A stretch of 63,460 nt of DNA, counting the filler, from Reticulomyxa filosa (Eukaryota > Protista > Foraminifera): NCBI GenBank assembly GCA_000512085.1. It is 22 parts of 22 records of this genome, joined end to end, with 100 filler letters (N's around TTAATTAATTAA, not from the genome) between each part and the next. Parts side by side here need not be neighbours in the genome. Positions count along the whole stretch, not along the records: positions 1 to 4,295 come from ASPP01001890.1; positions 4,396 to 5,675 come from ASPP01016941.1; positions 5,776 to 7,363 come from ASPP01014805.1; positions 7,464 to 8,485 come from ASPP01022416.1; positions 8,586 to 9,718 come from ASPP01021579.1; positions 9,819 to 12,248 come from ASPP01020628.1; positions 12,349 to 15,470 come from ASPP01050467.1; 15 more parts are not named here. One strand, given 5' to 3'. The translations under genes were made by a program, and so were the position numbers. Position 1 is the stretch's first letter. Each line of letters opens with the position of its first letter. The notes under the pieces were generated by a model. It was given only the letters and a program-made list of their open reading frames with translations. It searched no databases and was not told where the DNA came from. This document shows, piece by piece, positions 1 through 12,923 of the stretch.

Positions 1-2991
1 CTAAAAAAAATGTATCGTTGCAAAAATATCATTTTTATACAAAATGAAATCAGAATATTTACACACAAGTGTGCAATTTGTTACAGTTTTGTCTGTTCGA
101 CATCAATGATCTACGATTTATTGAACAAAAGTATTAAACAACAAGTCCAAGTATTTGATTCTATTTATTCATGATCAATTATTTATTGATGATTGAAAGA
201 AGTAAATATCTTTAATTTGATGTTTCTTGTATTATTGATCAGTAAAAGTTTTCCAATAAAAGACTTTGTTTTGCATTTCCATTTCAAATGGAAATGAATT
301 TAGTAATATCACCACTCAATGAGAATATTCAATACTGATATACGATTGTTCATTTTTTTAACCTGTTTCTAAAAAAATTAATCAGTTTTATTTGACAAAA
401 AAGAGAATCGAAGTTCCATTCTTTAAATTTTTTTCTTTGTCATTATTGTAGTTACGACTTTGGTTGACAAGAAGCAAATACTTCATTCTTTGGAGATTGA
501 TAAAATTTACTTGCTTTGATACAATGGAAATAATGTTGAACTCTTACTTTTATTTCAACACAAAAACAAAGTAGAATGTTGTATCGAAACATGATATCGT
601 CTAGATAATGCTGAGTAATCATACAATAAGGAAAAATGTCAGTATTAATAAGTAAATTATTGCTCAATTCAGCACCAAAGACAAAAAAAAAATAATTGAA
701 AATTACAATTTTATTGAAAAAACCACTCAAAAAAGGTGGTTGTTCCTTTTTTAATTTTTAGCAAAAAGTAGGAGTGTTTGTTTATAAGACCAAACAAGAC
801 AGAGAATTATTGGAAATGACTGACTAATGAAAAGCTTTGAATATGTCCGTGCCGTTTAAAAGAATGTTTATAATTAAACAATCGTATTAGTTTTTCTTTT
901 GGAATAACATTTTAGTTTTTTACTCAAACATGCACAGTTTTATATTACGTTTTTTCATTAGAGAAAAATCTACAAATTAGAATTTTTTGAATTTGTGGAT
1001 TTATTTTTATTCAATTCTATTATAAGCTGTGAAATCCAATTGTAAACATGAGAATAGAAATGGACACAATAAGAAATATATTTTTTTTTTCATTGCAATT
1101 TATTTTATTTTGCATTAATTTGTAAAAAATAGATAGATAGCCAAATAATTATTCTCAATTTTTTTTCATTCATGAAAATTGCTTATATGCACAAAACAAT
1201 TGTCACTTATGAATAAACAAAGATTGGTTGTAATGATCGATTTTTTGGTTCTGCAACTGGTGCTAGATGTCAGCACTATCTTTTACATTTTATTCAAAGC
1301 CATTGCCATATTTTTTGTTGAATATACCCTTATTAACTCTTTTAGATTATTATAACATTTTTTGGTTCACATGAACTTCAATGATTTGAAGCACAAACCT
1401 TGCGTATCAAAGACAAAAAGTATTGATATGATGCAAAGGACTCAAAATAAAGAGGGTTAATCTGAAAAATCATTTACAGTGAATGATTTTTGGTCATCTC
1501 TACTTTGCACAGCGTTTGTATTTTTCTAATTTTCCTTTGTTACTTGTTGCCAGTTAAAAAAAAAAGTAAGCAAAATGTTTATCACGATAGAAGTCTCTTT
1601 AATAATTGCAATTATGTATCCATATCTTTTATTGAAGCAAATAATTTTGGCTGCAAGAATAATCAAAATATTCAATAATTTTTCGATTGTTATTTAATTA
1701 AAAAAAATTATCACTATGCATGAAGTTTCGTCTATATACAATACATGAATTAAAACATTACCTTTATAAGCTTTGAAAATATGTAATTAAACGAATGATG
1801 GATGACAAATAAAAAAATAAAAAAATCTGGAACTCTTCAATTCGTCATAATTTTATTTCAATTAAAAAATATTCAAAAGCCATTATTTTGATGATCTATT
1901 AAATGAAGAAGTTTATTTTTAAGAGTAATAAATATTGCTCAAAATTTTAAATTTGTCACTTGATCTATCCTAGCACACGCCAATTGATTAATCGTTTTAA
2001 GTGAGTTTTGTGCAATCAAAGCAACAGTTTATAATTTTTGTCATGTTGCAGCAAAGCTCATTCATTTCATATCTTTTTAAATTTTCTCTTAGATATTTAC
2101 CATTTTTATTGTCAATACAAAACTTGAAAAAGTAGCGACTAAACAGACAAAATAATATAATCAATTTGTTCGTTAGTCAGATTATAACTTTAATTTCTTT
2201 TTTAAAGAGTCTTTTGTGCAAAAGAACGCTTAATGAAAACATCATAGTTGTAGTAGTTAACAAATCTTTGTTTTTTGTTTTCGAAACACAAACATTACAA
2301 AGAGCAAAATAAAAAAAAGTGAACTACATCCCCACCCCTCATCGAACACTTTTCAAAGTTTTTTTTTAAAAAATCAGTTCAAAAAAAATAAAAAATGACC
2401 CACATTCAAAATTTCAACTCACTAATAATATTTATTTTTCATTTTTAAAAGCAATATTTCCACACATTCTCGTTTTATATAGTCAAAAATTGATACAGAA
2501 ACCCCTTGCATCATCAAACTATCAATATCTTAAAAACTACTCAACTTCATGAGTTTTTAGCTAAGATAAGATATCATCTTTTCAACTTTTACTTTAAAGA
2601 TGAAACAAATTTACAATCTCTTGTAATTTCTCCAAGGTAGCAGACTGTTACGACGTGGTGCTTGTTTTCACATTGCATATAGCACAGAAAAGATAGATTG
2701 GTTCTTTACTTTACGTCCAAATACAACTAAGCAACAACAATAGGATGAATTTTTATGATAATCAATGCAAGATATTTATATAAAATTTAAATGCATATTC
2801 AAATGCAACATATGGAATATTTTGGAAATAAGAAATTACAATCAATACAACATTACAACATTAATTGAATGTATAGTCTCACGTACATTATTTATGTAAC
2901 ACAGTTTGTGTATAAGTTTGGCACGCAACAAACGTACAAATCAACTTTGGCATCAATAAACCAAAATTAGCTTTTTCTAATTGTAGAAAAG

Positions 2992-3423
2992 ATGGAGTCA
3001 CTACAAAAAAAAAAATATAGTGTGATGATTGGTCAATCGGTCACTCCTTCTTACCATGTAGTGCATGTGGAATACCAAAGCATCCCAATGCGCGTTGATA
3101 TCTATTATCACAAGCCAAATGGCTTCGACTGGAGTTATCATAATTTTTGTCCAAATCAGTGGACTCTTCACATTTGCAGGACTGATGGATATTATGACTT
3201 CAAATGATACAAATACTGCATCAAATCTGGTCCACTGAGCGTGCACAAAACAACAACAACAAGGAGCTCCATGCCAGGATATGCAACAGGACAGATACTA
3301 TATCATTATCATCATACAATAAACGTAGCAACATATACCAGTGAAAGTACAAACAAAATGCAAAAAGTTATCAGCAAACAGAAAAAGAAATGTACTAAAA
3401 AAAAACAAAAAAACATGAAATAA
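2992..3423 (+). pseudogene. Hypothetical protein reading frame interrupted by one in-frame TGA
   Basis: ORFs 2992..3207 and 3241..3423 are in the same frame and separated only by TGA at 3205-3207 (DFK*YKYCIKSGPLSVHK). No family recognised. Confidence 0.35.
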
Positions 3424-3621
3424 TAACAAATATAAAAAACATAACTTCTTAAAAAAAAATACTAAAGGAGTCAATGAAAAAAAGAAACGGAAACAAAAAA
3501 GCAAAAGGGAAAAATGTGCAAGAACAACACAAAATCTCAAGCAAGAAAAAAAAACGATTAAAAAAAAAATGAAGAAAATATCCAATTATGTATAACTTGC
3601 ATTTGGAAAGAAACAGTATTT

Positions 3622-3945
3622 TTGTACATTTATTATGATCATGATTTGCTCACTCGTTGTGAACACAAACAATTTAAGTCGATTATTGTCCGAAAAACCA
3701 ACACAAAAGTCTTCTACCGTGCCATTAATTTCTATTTACGTGAACATCCATTGTTCCTGAGTGATTTATTGGATGAATTAAGTGGACGCTTGTGTCACAA
3801 ACGTGTTGTGCAAACTATTGATATGGATGGCAAATTGCCTTTGATTATTACTTATTTGCAACATTTCCAATTTGGTCCAATCTGGAGTTATAAGTTTAGA
3901 AATGCGATATTGTTTCTTTTTAAGTGCATATCCACAACTTTTTAA
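3622..3945 (+). pseudogene. Clathrin heavy chain fragment (C-terminal CHCR repeat region)
   Basis: HKQFKSIIVRKTNTKVFYRAINFYLREHPLFLSDLLDELSGRLCHKRVVQTIDMDGKLPLIITYLQ matches the recalled clathrin heavy chain segment [49 protein letters not shown]. No further clathrin exons are visible nearby. Confidence 0.75.
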
Positions 3946-4485
3946 AAGGACAATTTTGTGGACGTGTCTTAAAAAAAAAAGGAGTTTCTGGATGTGCTTT
4001 TTCTAATTAGTTGTCTTAAAAAAAGGCTATCGTATATTGAAAACGTAGTGGTTATATATACTCTTTATAAAATGTATCTTGGATCATCCGACGAATTTTC
4101 TATTTATTGAAATAAGATTATTCTATATCACGTGCTCCACAACCCTTCCAAGAGAATTGTTACAACTTTTTAAAAAACACTTTGAATTTGAAACTTTGGT
4201 TTTTTAATTTGTATTGATACATACATATACAGTTTAATCAGTACCAGTAAGATGGCATCATGTCAATGTTTTTTTTTCTAAAAATGAGAAATATGNNNNN
4301 NNNNNNNNNNNNNNNNNNNNNNNNNNNNNNNNNNNNNNNTTAATTAATTAANNNNNNNNNNNNNNNNNNNNNNNNNNNNNNNNNNNNNNNNNNNNTTTTT
4401 TTTTTTTAAGTACTTTTTACATATTCAAATAAAAAAAAATCCCCTTTCGCTCACTTGCTACAATACAATTCCCTCCCTAGTATAT

Positions 4486-5184
4486 TCATATTGATGTTTC
4501 AACTTTGCACAAATGTCGCACGAACACTCCCGAGAATGAGCCCCCGATGATGAAATTTATAACCAAACAAGGCAGCTCACCTATCAAAAAAGCCATGTGG
4601 CTACAGTCCAGCATTATCACGACAATATAGTAATACAAAGAAAGAAGAAAAAATATCAATGTCGTCAATGCCATCAATCGTCGCAATGTTGTACGGGATA
4701 GCTCCAAATATGTTTTCCTAAATACCTTATGCAATCTTTTTGTTTTTGTTTTTGTTTTTTCTGATGATAAATGCTATGAATGAGGAGTTTTTTTTTTTTT
4801 TTTTGGTACTTCAAATACAGTCAGTTGATGTGCGTACCTGAACAAAAAGAATACGTACAAAAAAGACCGACTCAGAAAGAGAGGATACACAGCCAGGTGT
4901 CTGATTGAACATGTACTCGCAAAATTGAACAGTAATGACATACCGTAATTCACGTATTGAGTAAGTATAAACATCAGGTTACAAAGCAAATTCCCAATAA
5001 ATAAGATTTTGAACACTTTTTCCAGTTTCTTTTTCCTGCTCTTGTTTGTCAAATTCAGACGGACTGCAGAGTGTACCAGCAATAAAATCATAAACGCTAT
5101 AATTACTGGGAAAGCTATTGAGGCAAGATACGCTTGTTGATAATTTTGGTATACACTGCCCTTCGAATCCCAATACAACTTCAT
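4486..5184 (-). CDS. Multi-pass membrane protein, GPCR-like (3' partial)
   Basis: Exons 5184..4838 and 4735..~4486 join in phase across a GT-AG intron 4837..4736 (FFLFR/LHKVF). About five hydrophobic segments precede the contig end. The GPCR label is inference. Confidence 0.55.
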
Positions 5185-5775
5185 TTCTTTAAGTATTTAG
5201 TCAAAATTTACTTCTTGAAAACGCTGTGCGAATCACCAGGTGAGCTGTAGTCTTTTTTTTTCCTTCTTCAGGTTCTAGTGCTCTTCTGTTTGTGGTTCAA
5301 AAAAACTATGTAAGTAAATTGTTTTTTGGTCAAAAGATACAAATAGAATCTAAGACCACAGCCTTTTCAAGGAAAGCCACATATATATTTTTTTTTTTTA
5401 AGCATATACAAAAGAGAGGCAATTTTCTCAAAAAGCAGAGTGCAGCAGGTGCGCAAAAAAAAAAAGTTATTACTCGGTAACTTAAATGAGGACTACTGTT
5501 GTCAAAACGAAGAAGCTTGCTAAAAAAAAAATGAAAACAAAACAAAAAAAGGACTATAGGAGGAAAACAAAACAATGAACAGAACAATTAGCGTTTTGTC
5601 ATCGGGTGATATGGGGTCAGTTGCAAGTTGAAAATACTCAAACGTAAGGGTTTTGTGAATCACTAATAAAAAAAANNNNNNNNNNNNNNNNNNNNNNNNN
5701 NNNNNNNNNNNNNNNNNNNTTAATTAATTAANNNNNNNNNNNNNNNNNNNNNNNNNNNNNNNNNNNNNNNNNNNN

Positions 5776-7302
5776 CTTCCGACAGTGAAACACTTGCACT
5801 TTCGCTGCCACTGTCCAAAGGAGGAATTCCTTCTTTTTCATGAACGTACAGATACATGTTATCCTTCTATACAGCAAAAAAAAAAAAAAAAAAGAAAGAA
5901 ATGAAGGATGGCAGCTTATCTTTATGTAACAAAATAAGAAGATATGAAAATACCCTCGATTGATCAGCATGAACACTGTCATCAATCAAGACAGGAGGAA
6001 AGAGTTTATCCTGTTCGACGAATGGGATCAAATTTTGTCCAAATTTGGAGCCATCATGTTTCAGTTGATGGCTGTTGGAGAGTGGAATGGGATGTTTGTG
6101 GCTTATGTTACACGGCACCACAGACTGTATTTTATTATCATTCGAACTAACATCGCAATGTTTGTTATCATTGTTATCGCGAATGGGATCATTTATATCA
6201 TTGTTGTTCATTTTGTCATTGGGTTTATCATTCAACTCGTCACATGAGTTTTCTCCTTCTCTTTGGTCACGTACTTGTCTACTCCATACACATACATGCA
6301 CCTGTGTACATAAAAAAAAAAAAAAAAATAGAGCGAATAGACTTTGCATAACTGTTGGTCTTGCCAAAGGTCACGATAATCACGGTCCATCCAAGGGTCC
6401 ATTCTATTTAAGACAATTCTGTTTATGCTTCTGTTCAAAGCTGCCTTTTTCACGCGCTGCTTTCGCTTCCTTTTCTTTTGATGTTTCATCGCCGCAGATA
6501 TAGCCAGCGATGGCACCGGGTTCGGTCCTGGCCCCCTCGTTCAGGTTTTCTGGGCATATACCAGGGGTAGTATATCCAAACGGATATCCATTCCGACCTG
6601 TTAAACTGCCTTCATTAGAGAACCTCCCGCTGTAATAACATACATTGTTATACATATTTACCGCACACACAAATCAAACAAATCAAACAAATCGAACAAA
6701 TCGATTCAAAATACGCATTACCTTTGCAAAACACAAATAAACGAAACAACAAAAAAAAAAAAAAAAAAAGTAAAAATACTTGATGGGATATTTGGGTTGG
6801 GGGCCTTGGCCCGGAACACCATTAGAACAGAGCCGAAGATATTTGGCATAGTATTTCGAAGGATATTTGGATATCCCATTTGATGGCAAAGTTTTCTCAA
6901 TTTCTCGAATGTCTCTATTTTTGTTTTTGTCATCTCTCTGTTTGTTTGTTTATTTGTTTTTCTGTTCGCGACAGAACAGATGCAAAAGAAAAACAAACTG
7001 AGATACAAAGGAGGGTTGTAGAGCATCATTGTTAATCTTTTTTTCTTTTCCTTTTTCCTTTTCGTGTTTTTTTTCTTTGTCTCGACCTCTTTCTTTTTCT
7101 TTTTCTTTTTCTCTTTCTTTTCTTTTTTCCCTTTCCCTTTCCCTTTCTCTCTCCCTCTCCCTCCCCCTCTCCCTTTCTCTTTCCTTTTCTTTTCCCTTTT
7201 CCTTTTCTCTTTGTCTTTCCTGACTACTGATTTTTTTATTTCGACTAGAATTTTTGTCTTTATTATCAGTATTTTTGTATTTCTTTTTAATTTTATTGTC
7301 AT
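5776..7302 (-). CDS. Fragments of a multi-exon hypothetical protein (Lys/Glu-rich and Asn/Asp-rich low-complexity regions)
   Basis: Coding-like stretches alternate with poly-A/T intron-like stretches. No domain is recognised and the exon structure is unresolved. Confidence 0.3.
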
Positions 7303-8405
7303 TTTTGTTTTTTTTTCTTTCCTTTGGTGTTGCAGTGGATGTTGTTGTGGTCGTTGTTGTTGTNNNNNNNNNNNNNNNNNNNNNNNNNNNNNNNNNNNNN
7401 NNNNNNNTTAATTAATTAANNNNNNNNNNNNNNNNNNNNNNNNNNNNNNNNNNNNNNNNNNNNTATATTTTTGTATTATTATTATCAGCGTTCAAAAAAA
7501 AATAAAAAATTATAATCTGGCTGATCCCAGCATTGGTCTGATCTAACTTTTGAAGGGAAAGGGCCAGCAGAAATTATCAAATATATAGCTTGATTTCTAC
7601 CGTTAAGATAGTTAAAAATCTGATTATGCCCTTGTTCCATTACTCTATATAAATTCTCTTTTTTTTTTCAACCAAAACTGATTAGAAAATGTATTTATGC
7701 AAACTTCTGGCAAATTCTTGCCACTCAGACAACAGTTTTGCTGACTTTATTTCCTATCAACGGTGTGAACACTGCAAAAAGATTCAGTTAGAATTTGAAA
7801 AAGCTGAATAATATAAAATTAACATTTCATAGAGCAACATTAAATATTTCGTAAATGGAGATTTGGAAAAAGCTCACAAGGATGCACAAGACTGAACGTC
7901 ACCTACTTTTTTTTGTAAAAAAGTAATTTTCAGCTCCATTTAATTTACTCGAACATTGAGGATTCCAACTAACAAAAAAAAAAATGTGTAATAAAATTGC
8001 AGTAAGAAAAATAAATAACATGTCAAGAAAAGAGTGCGCAAACATAAATTAAAAATTTGTAAACGTTTATTTTGATGCCATTTCTCATCGATACCTTCCT
8101 TAAACAATTGCACTAGGACAATTGTTTTCAAGTGATGGGTTGTCAATTTGCTCACAAAGCAAATACATATAATGTTCTGTTTGCTCAGGTTGGTGTTAGA
8201 CTGCAGTACCTAAGTTTTATTAAAGCATGGACCTTGAAGAAAACTGTACTGTTCTTTTCCACGGTTACATTTTTTGTTGATGTCGCATTATCGTTTTTTC
8301 AAAGTCGATGAAAGCAAAAAAGTAGATGCGTCAGTCTCAACGATGACCAATTATCTCTGGTCGTCAGTATCCTCGCTCACGAATATCGTCCCAGGCGATG
8401 GCAAA

Positions 8406-8485
8406 TACAGTATATTGCAAAAAAAACTGCCATACCTAAATGGCACTATACGAGGAAAATCGATTTCTCCATGAAAATAAGATTT
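8406..8485 (+). mobile_element. Left end of a Tc1/mariner-type (MITE-like) element, copy 1
   Basis: TA|CAGTATATTGCAAAAAAAACTGCCATACCTAAATGGCACTATA...GAAAATCGATTTCTCCATGAAAATAAGATTT. It is near-identical in reverse complement to 21713..21794 and is truncated by the contig end. Confidence 0.65.
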
Positions 8486-9818
8486 NNNNNNNNNNNNNNN
8501 NNNNNNNNNNNNNNNNNNNNNNNNNNNNNTTAATTAATTAANNNNNNNNNNNNNNNNNNNNNNNNNNNNNNNNNNNNNNNNNNNNTTTTTCCAACATTAA
8601 AAAAGTCACTATTATTATTTTCATTGAAATATTCAAAAATACTTATAAAAAGTTCACATTATAGTTTTTTCATTTCAAAACAAACAATAGCTCCTTCACA
8701 TTTTTATCAATATTTCTATTTCAATTTAAAATATCAATTAAAAAAATGTGATATTTTTTATCATCAATCGAAGTTAATCCACACATACATCCAGTACGAC
8801 AACGATTAATGTAATGTATTCCTAAAATAATGGTCAATATCAGAAAGAAAATGTTTTTTTTATCATTTTTTCTCTAACATACGTTTGGTTTATGACCTAT
8901 ATTAAATATTTTAAAATATGCGATCGTTTTCTTGTTTCAAAAAAGGAAATGATGTGTTTTTTGGATTTTTTTTATAGCTGCGTTTACGAGCGGTTAAAAT
9001 TAGAGACAATTGCGACAAAAGGCATTGTAAAATAATCTGAAAACTGTTCTTGATTTGCACAAAAAAAATTTCTGTTTTTTAGCATTGCTTTACTTTACAA
9101 AATTCTAATAATTTTTATGGATATTTATGTTTATCTTTATTTCTTTATCAATAAAGAAAAGGCCAATCAAAATAAGCTCATATTGAAAGAGTTATCAAAC
9201 AAATTTGTTTAAGAAAATTCCTAAAACAAGATAAAAATGTGAAATTGAAATTAACAGTAAATAACAAAAACAATAACATCTTGAATAATCAGTTCGAACT
9301 GAACGTGTTGTCCCCAAGTGAAATAAATGTTAAAAAGAAAGTAATAGATGAACCAAGGAAGAGGCAAAAGACGAAGAAACAATGACTACATTACATTTGC
9401 TATTGTCAAAATTTTGTTGTTTTTTGTTTTTTTATAATTTAAACAAATTGTTGTAAACTTCTTTGGAACAAACCTTTCAACTTTCGATGAACCAAATCAT
9501 GACACAACTGATACTGTAGCCGGCGCTGCATTCAGATTGGCAGGCGTAAATCTAGTCATATGCAATTTTGAGAAAATTGCCAAAAAATCTTTTTTTTTTA
9601 TGACGGGACCAGAACTTATTAATTTTCAAAAATTTGTAAATAACAAAATTCGCTAGTGCATAGAATGGGCTAATGCAAATTTAGTTGATACGCAATAAAT
9701 TGTGTTATCAAAAATTTANNNNNNNNNNNNNNNNNNNNNNNNNNNNNNNNNNNNNNNNNNNNTTAATTAATTAANNNNNNNNNNNNNNNNNNNNNNNNNN
9801 NNNNNNNNNNNNNNNNNN

Positions 9819-10115
9819 CAACAACAACAACAAGGCACTCGTGCTGAAAAAAAAATTTGTTTGAGTAAAATTGGAAACGAAGGCATTGATGCCAGTTCCT
9901 TGTTTTTCATTACTGCAAACTGTTCTGATATTGGACAACAATGGATTGAAACATTGTCATCACATATTAACGAATATTTAGAAGGTGGGTCTGCTTGCAA
10001 GTCTTTGCAGGAATTAACTTTGAATGTTAAACAAGATCAAACCAATAATGCTGAAATGCAAGATATTCGCCAGGACGGTGACATAGATAATCAAGAAATG
10101 ATGATCGTTGACTGA
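9819..10115 (+). CDS. 3' end of a protein, possibly a PH-domain C-terminal strand and helix
   Basis: LFFITANCSDIGQQWIETL resembles the PH terminal pattern F.A.s....W...L. The frame is open from the contig start to TGA. Confidence 0.3.
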   Translation, partial: QQQQQGTRAEKKICLSKIGNEGIDASSLFFITANCSDIGQQWIETLSSHINEYLEGGSACKSLQELTLNVKQDQTNNAEMQDIRQDGDIDNQEMMIVD

Positions 10116-10608
10116 TTTATTCTTGTTTTTATTGTTGGTGTACTGAGTTATTTTTTAATTTCAAAGAAAAAGTAAACTGAGTTTAAAAAAAAAAAAAAAG
10201 ATTACTTTAGAGTTATTGCAATACATGCTATTTCTGTTTTTTCAAATGTAATTCAACATCAAAGAGTGTAATACGAAGGTTTGTAATCTTTTGTAAACAA
10301 TATTTATCAATTTTTCTTTAAAATGTGCTTATATGACCTATACGAATTTAATAAAGGGCACCTCAACATATTTCAGTTGTACACATTTTTTTAAATGAAT
10401 AATGAGTGTTATAATATGACAATGTAATTAATTCTTGTTTTATGTTTGCCACATAATATACTGATTTTTATTTTGACCAAAAAATTGATATGTACCGAAG
10501 TTGAATAGAAAAAAAAACAAACATTGATTATCAATCTTCCAAAGAGACAGAGCAGTGTTAAAAAAAAGGCAAGATTCAATCGCCCAACATTTTAAATAAT
10601 TAGGACTA

Positions 10609-10926
10609 ATGACAACAACCGATCCAATATCGGAACCGAAGCGAAGTTGGTTCCATCATTTTTTATTATTATTCCGTCGTTCCGATCGTGGGACAGATTC
10701 AAGTGTCCGTGTAACGCCAGACTTGGCGGAGAGCAATGATAAGATGGCGGAGAGCAACCGCCAACAGAGTGGTAATGGAAATGGTGCAACAGGAAGTGGA
10801 TGTACTTCAAACAGTGTATCATCACCTTCATCTTCTGTGCCGTTTCAGTCTTTGCCCTCAGTTGCAATTTCATCCTCAGCATCGACATCAGTATCAGCGG
10901 TAGCAACTTCGACATCTCCATCATCA

Positions 10927-10961
<35 letters not shown>

Positions 10962-11913
10962 ATCTCCTCCCACCTCGCACTCGATCCACGGCCGAGTATT
11001 TTGTGTATGCGAGCACTTGATTCACTTGATAGGGGCGTCGTTTATAATATGTTGGATGAGCTATTACACGTTCTTGTTTGTGCACTTTTACCCATATGCG
11101 AACAACAGCATCGAGTTGATTGGACTGTGTTACAGCACTTCCATGTACCACGTGGACACACTGTACAAAGAAATGTTCGAATATGCGCTGCTGTGGAGCG
11201 GCGTGCATCTGGGTGAACACAGTCTTCCGACGCCATCGACAACTCCAACAATAGCAACGACAACCACGACGACGACGCTACCTCTGTCACAGACATCGTC
11301 CCGTTCACACGAATATAACCCCTATGTCACGGACGAACAAGACGCATCACAAGATGCTATCAAAGAAGATAAAGATCGAGATCGAGATGAAGAAGAAGAA
11401 GAAGAAGGATCAAAAACACAAAAAGATCCAACCAATGGCCACAAAAACTATCCTCGAAATAACAAAGAAGAAAATGATAAAAAGTCTTGTTCTTCTTCTT
11501 CTTCTTCTTCTTCTTCGTCTTCGTCGAGATATCGCTATCGAGCCACCAATACTCCCTCCATGCAGAATATGGAGGAAGATCGTTCCAACCATCTCTCCAC
11601 AGCCACTCCATCTTCTTCTTCTTCGAATGATCTGGATGCTCGTCCATCGACAGAGACCCAATGTCCACCGCAGTCCTCCTTCGGAAAGTCCGTCCTCCAT
11701 CATGACAGCCGTTCGCCCATGGTAGCCATGCTCATATGTATTTCACATAAGTACACAAACTATATATGTACATATATGTACATATATGTATATATATGTA
11801 CATATATATATGTATATGTACTACACATCTATGTACATATATACGTATAACATATACTTAGTGTGCACTGCACATGTAAGGGTGTAATATAAACCAATGC
11901 CCTCCATTTGCAT

Positions 11914-11960
<47 letters not shown>

Positions 11961-12248
11961 TAATTACAAAATAAATTTAAAAATAAAAAAGGTGATGTAC
12001 AACCAACACGGCGAATCGTATGTGTTGAGTGACTACTTTCATTCCTTTCCTTCTTTGCATGAGACGCTGTATTACGCGGCCATTCATTTCAATAAGAATC
12101 CGAGCTTCTCGTGGCTGGTGGATGGCTCTGTTCCTCAAAACACCAATCAATTCCACGAGAAAGCAATCAAATCGACGACAGCGAATACACCTGTTCCTTC
12201 TTCTGCTTCTATTGCTGCAGCTTCTTCGTCATCATCATCTTCATCATC
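10609..12248 (+). CDS. Ser-rich low-complexity protein with one or two TM segments (3' partial)
   Basis: Long ORF with poly-Ser tracts and hydrophobic LIHLIGASFIICWMSYYTFLFVHF. A TA-microsatellite intron spans ~11722..11991, followed by exon VMYNQHGESYVLSDYF. Confidence 0.55.
11755..11962. repeat. Intronic (TA)n/(TACATA)n microsatellites
   Basis: Direct inspection. Confidence 0.9.
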
Positions 12249-12923
12249 NNNNNNNNNNNNNNNNNNNNNNNNNNNNNNNNNNNNNNNNNNNNTTAATTAA
12301 TTAANNNNNNNNNNNNNNNNNNNNNNNNNNNNNNNNNNNNNNNNNNNNAATTTTTAATTCACCACATTAATTGCTTTATCCCAATTATTAAATGACTAGC
12401 AGTATTTCCAGAGCTTTGAATACTCTAGCAAAACGAAATAAAGATGTTTACTTTGTTTTTAAAAGCAAAATAAGTGATTTTGCTTTACACAAGTTCTGCT
12501 TTCTGATTATTTCCAACGCGTTCAATATTTTTATATCAATTGTACATTAAAATTCCAGCAGTGTTTATAACATTTATTGCCGTTTTTCATTTAATGTTAT
12601 TTCCATTTTTCTCTACTCAAAGATATATTCTGCATCTCAACTTTACTACAGCAGATGGCATTGTTAGCGAATTACTTAAATAGTTTGAAGTAAATAAATT
12701 TTCTTAAAAAAAACAACTACATATTCATCTCTTCTTAATAAAAATTTTCAAACAAAAGAAATGATGATCACCACTGCGAAAAGAAAACATTTTTGGTCAA
12801 GTACACTGACTTCTTATTTCTTCTCTTAAAGAAAATCTTTTTTTCTACTAAAAAACCTTAAGCATGGGAAATGGTACTAGTTGCAGTACAACGGTGCAAG
12901 TAAAGAATTGGTTTGGCCAAACC

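Noticed and set aside
7029-7411. Phe/Ser/Leu-rich 'membrane' ORFs
   Set aside because: They are translations of a polypyrimidine low-complexity tract, the antisense of Lys/Glu/Arg repeats.
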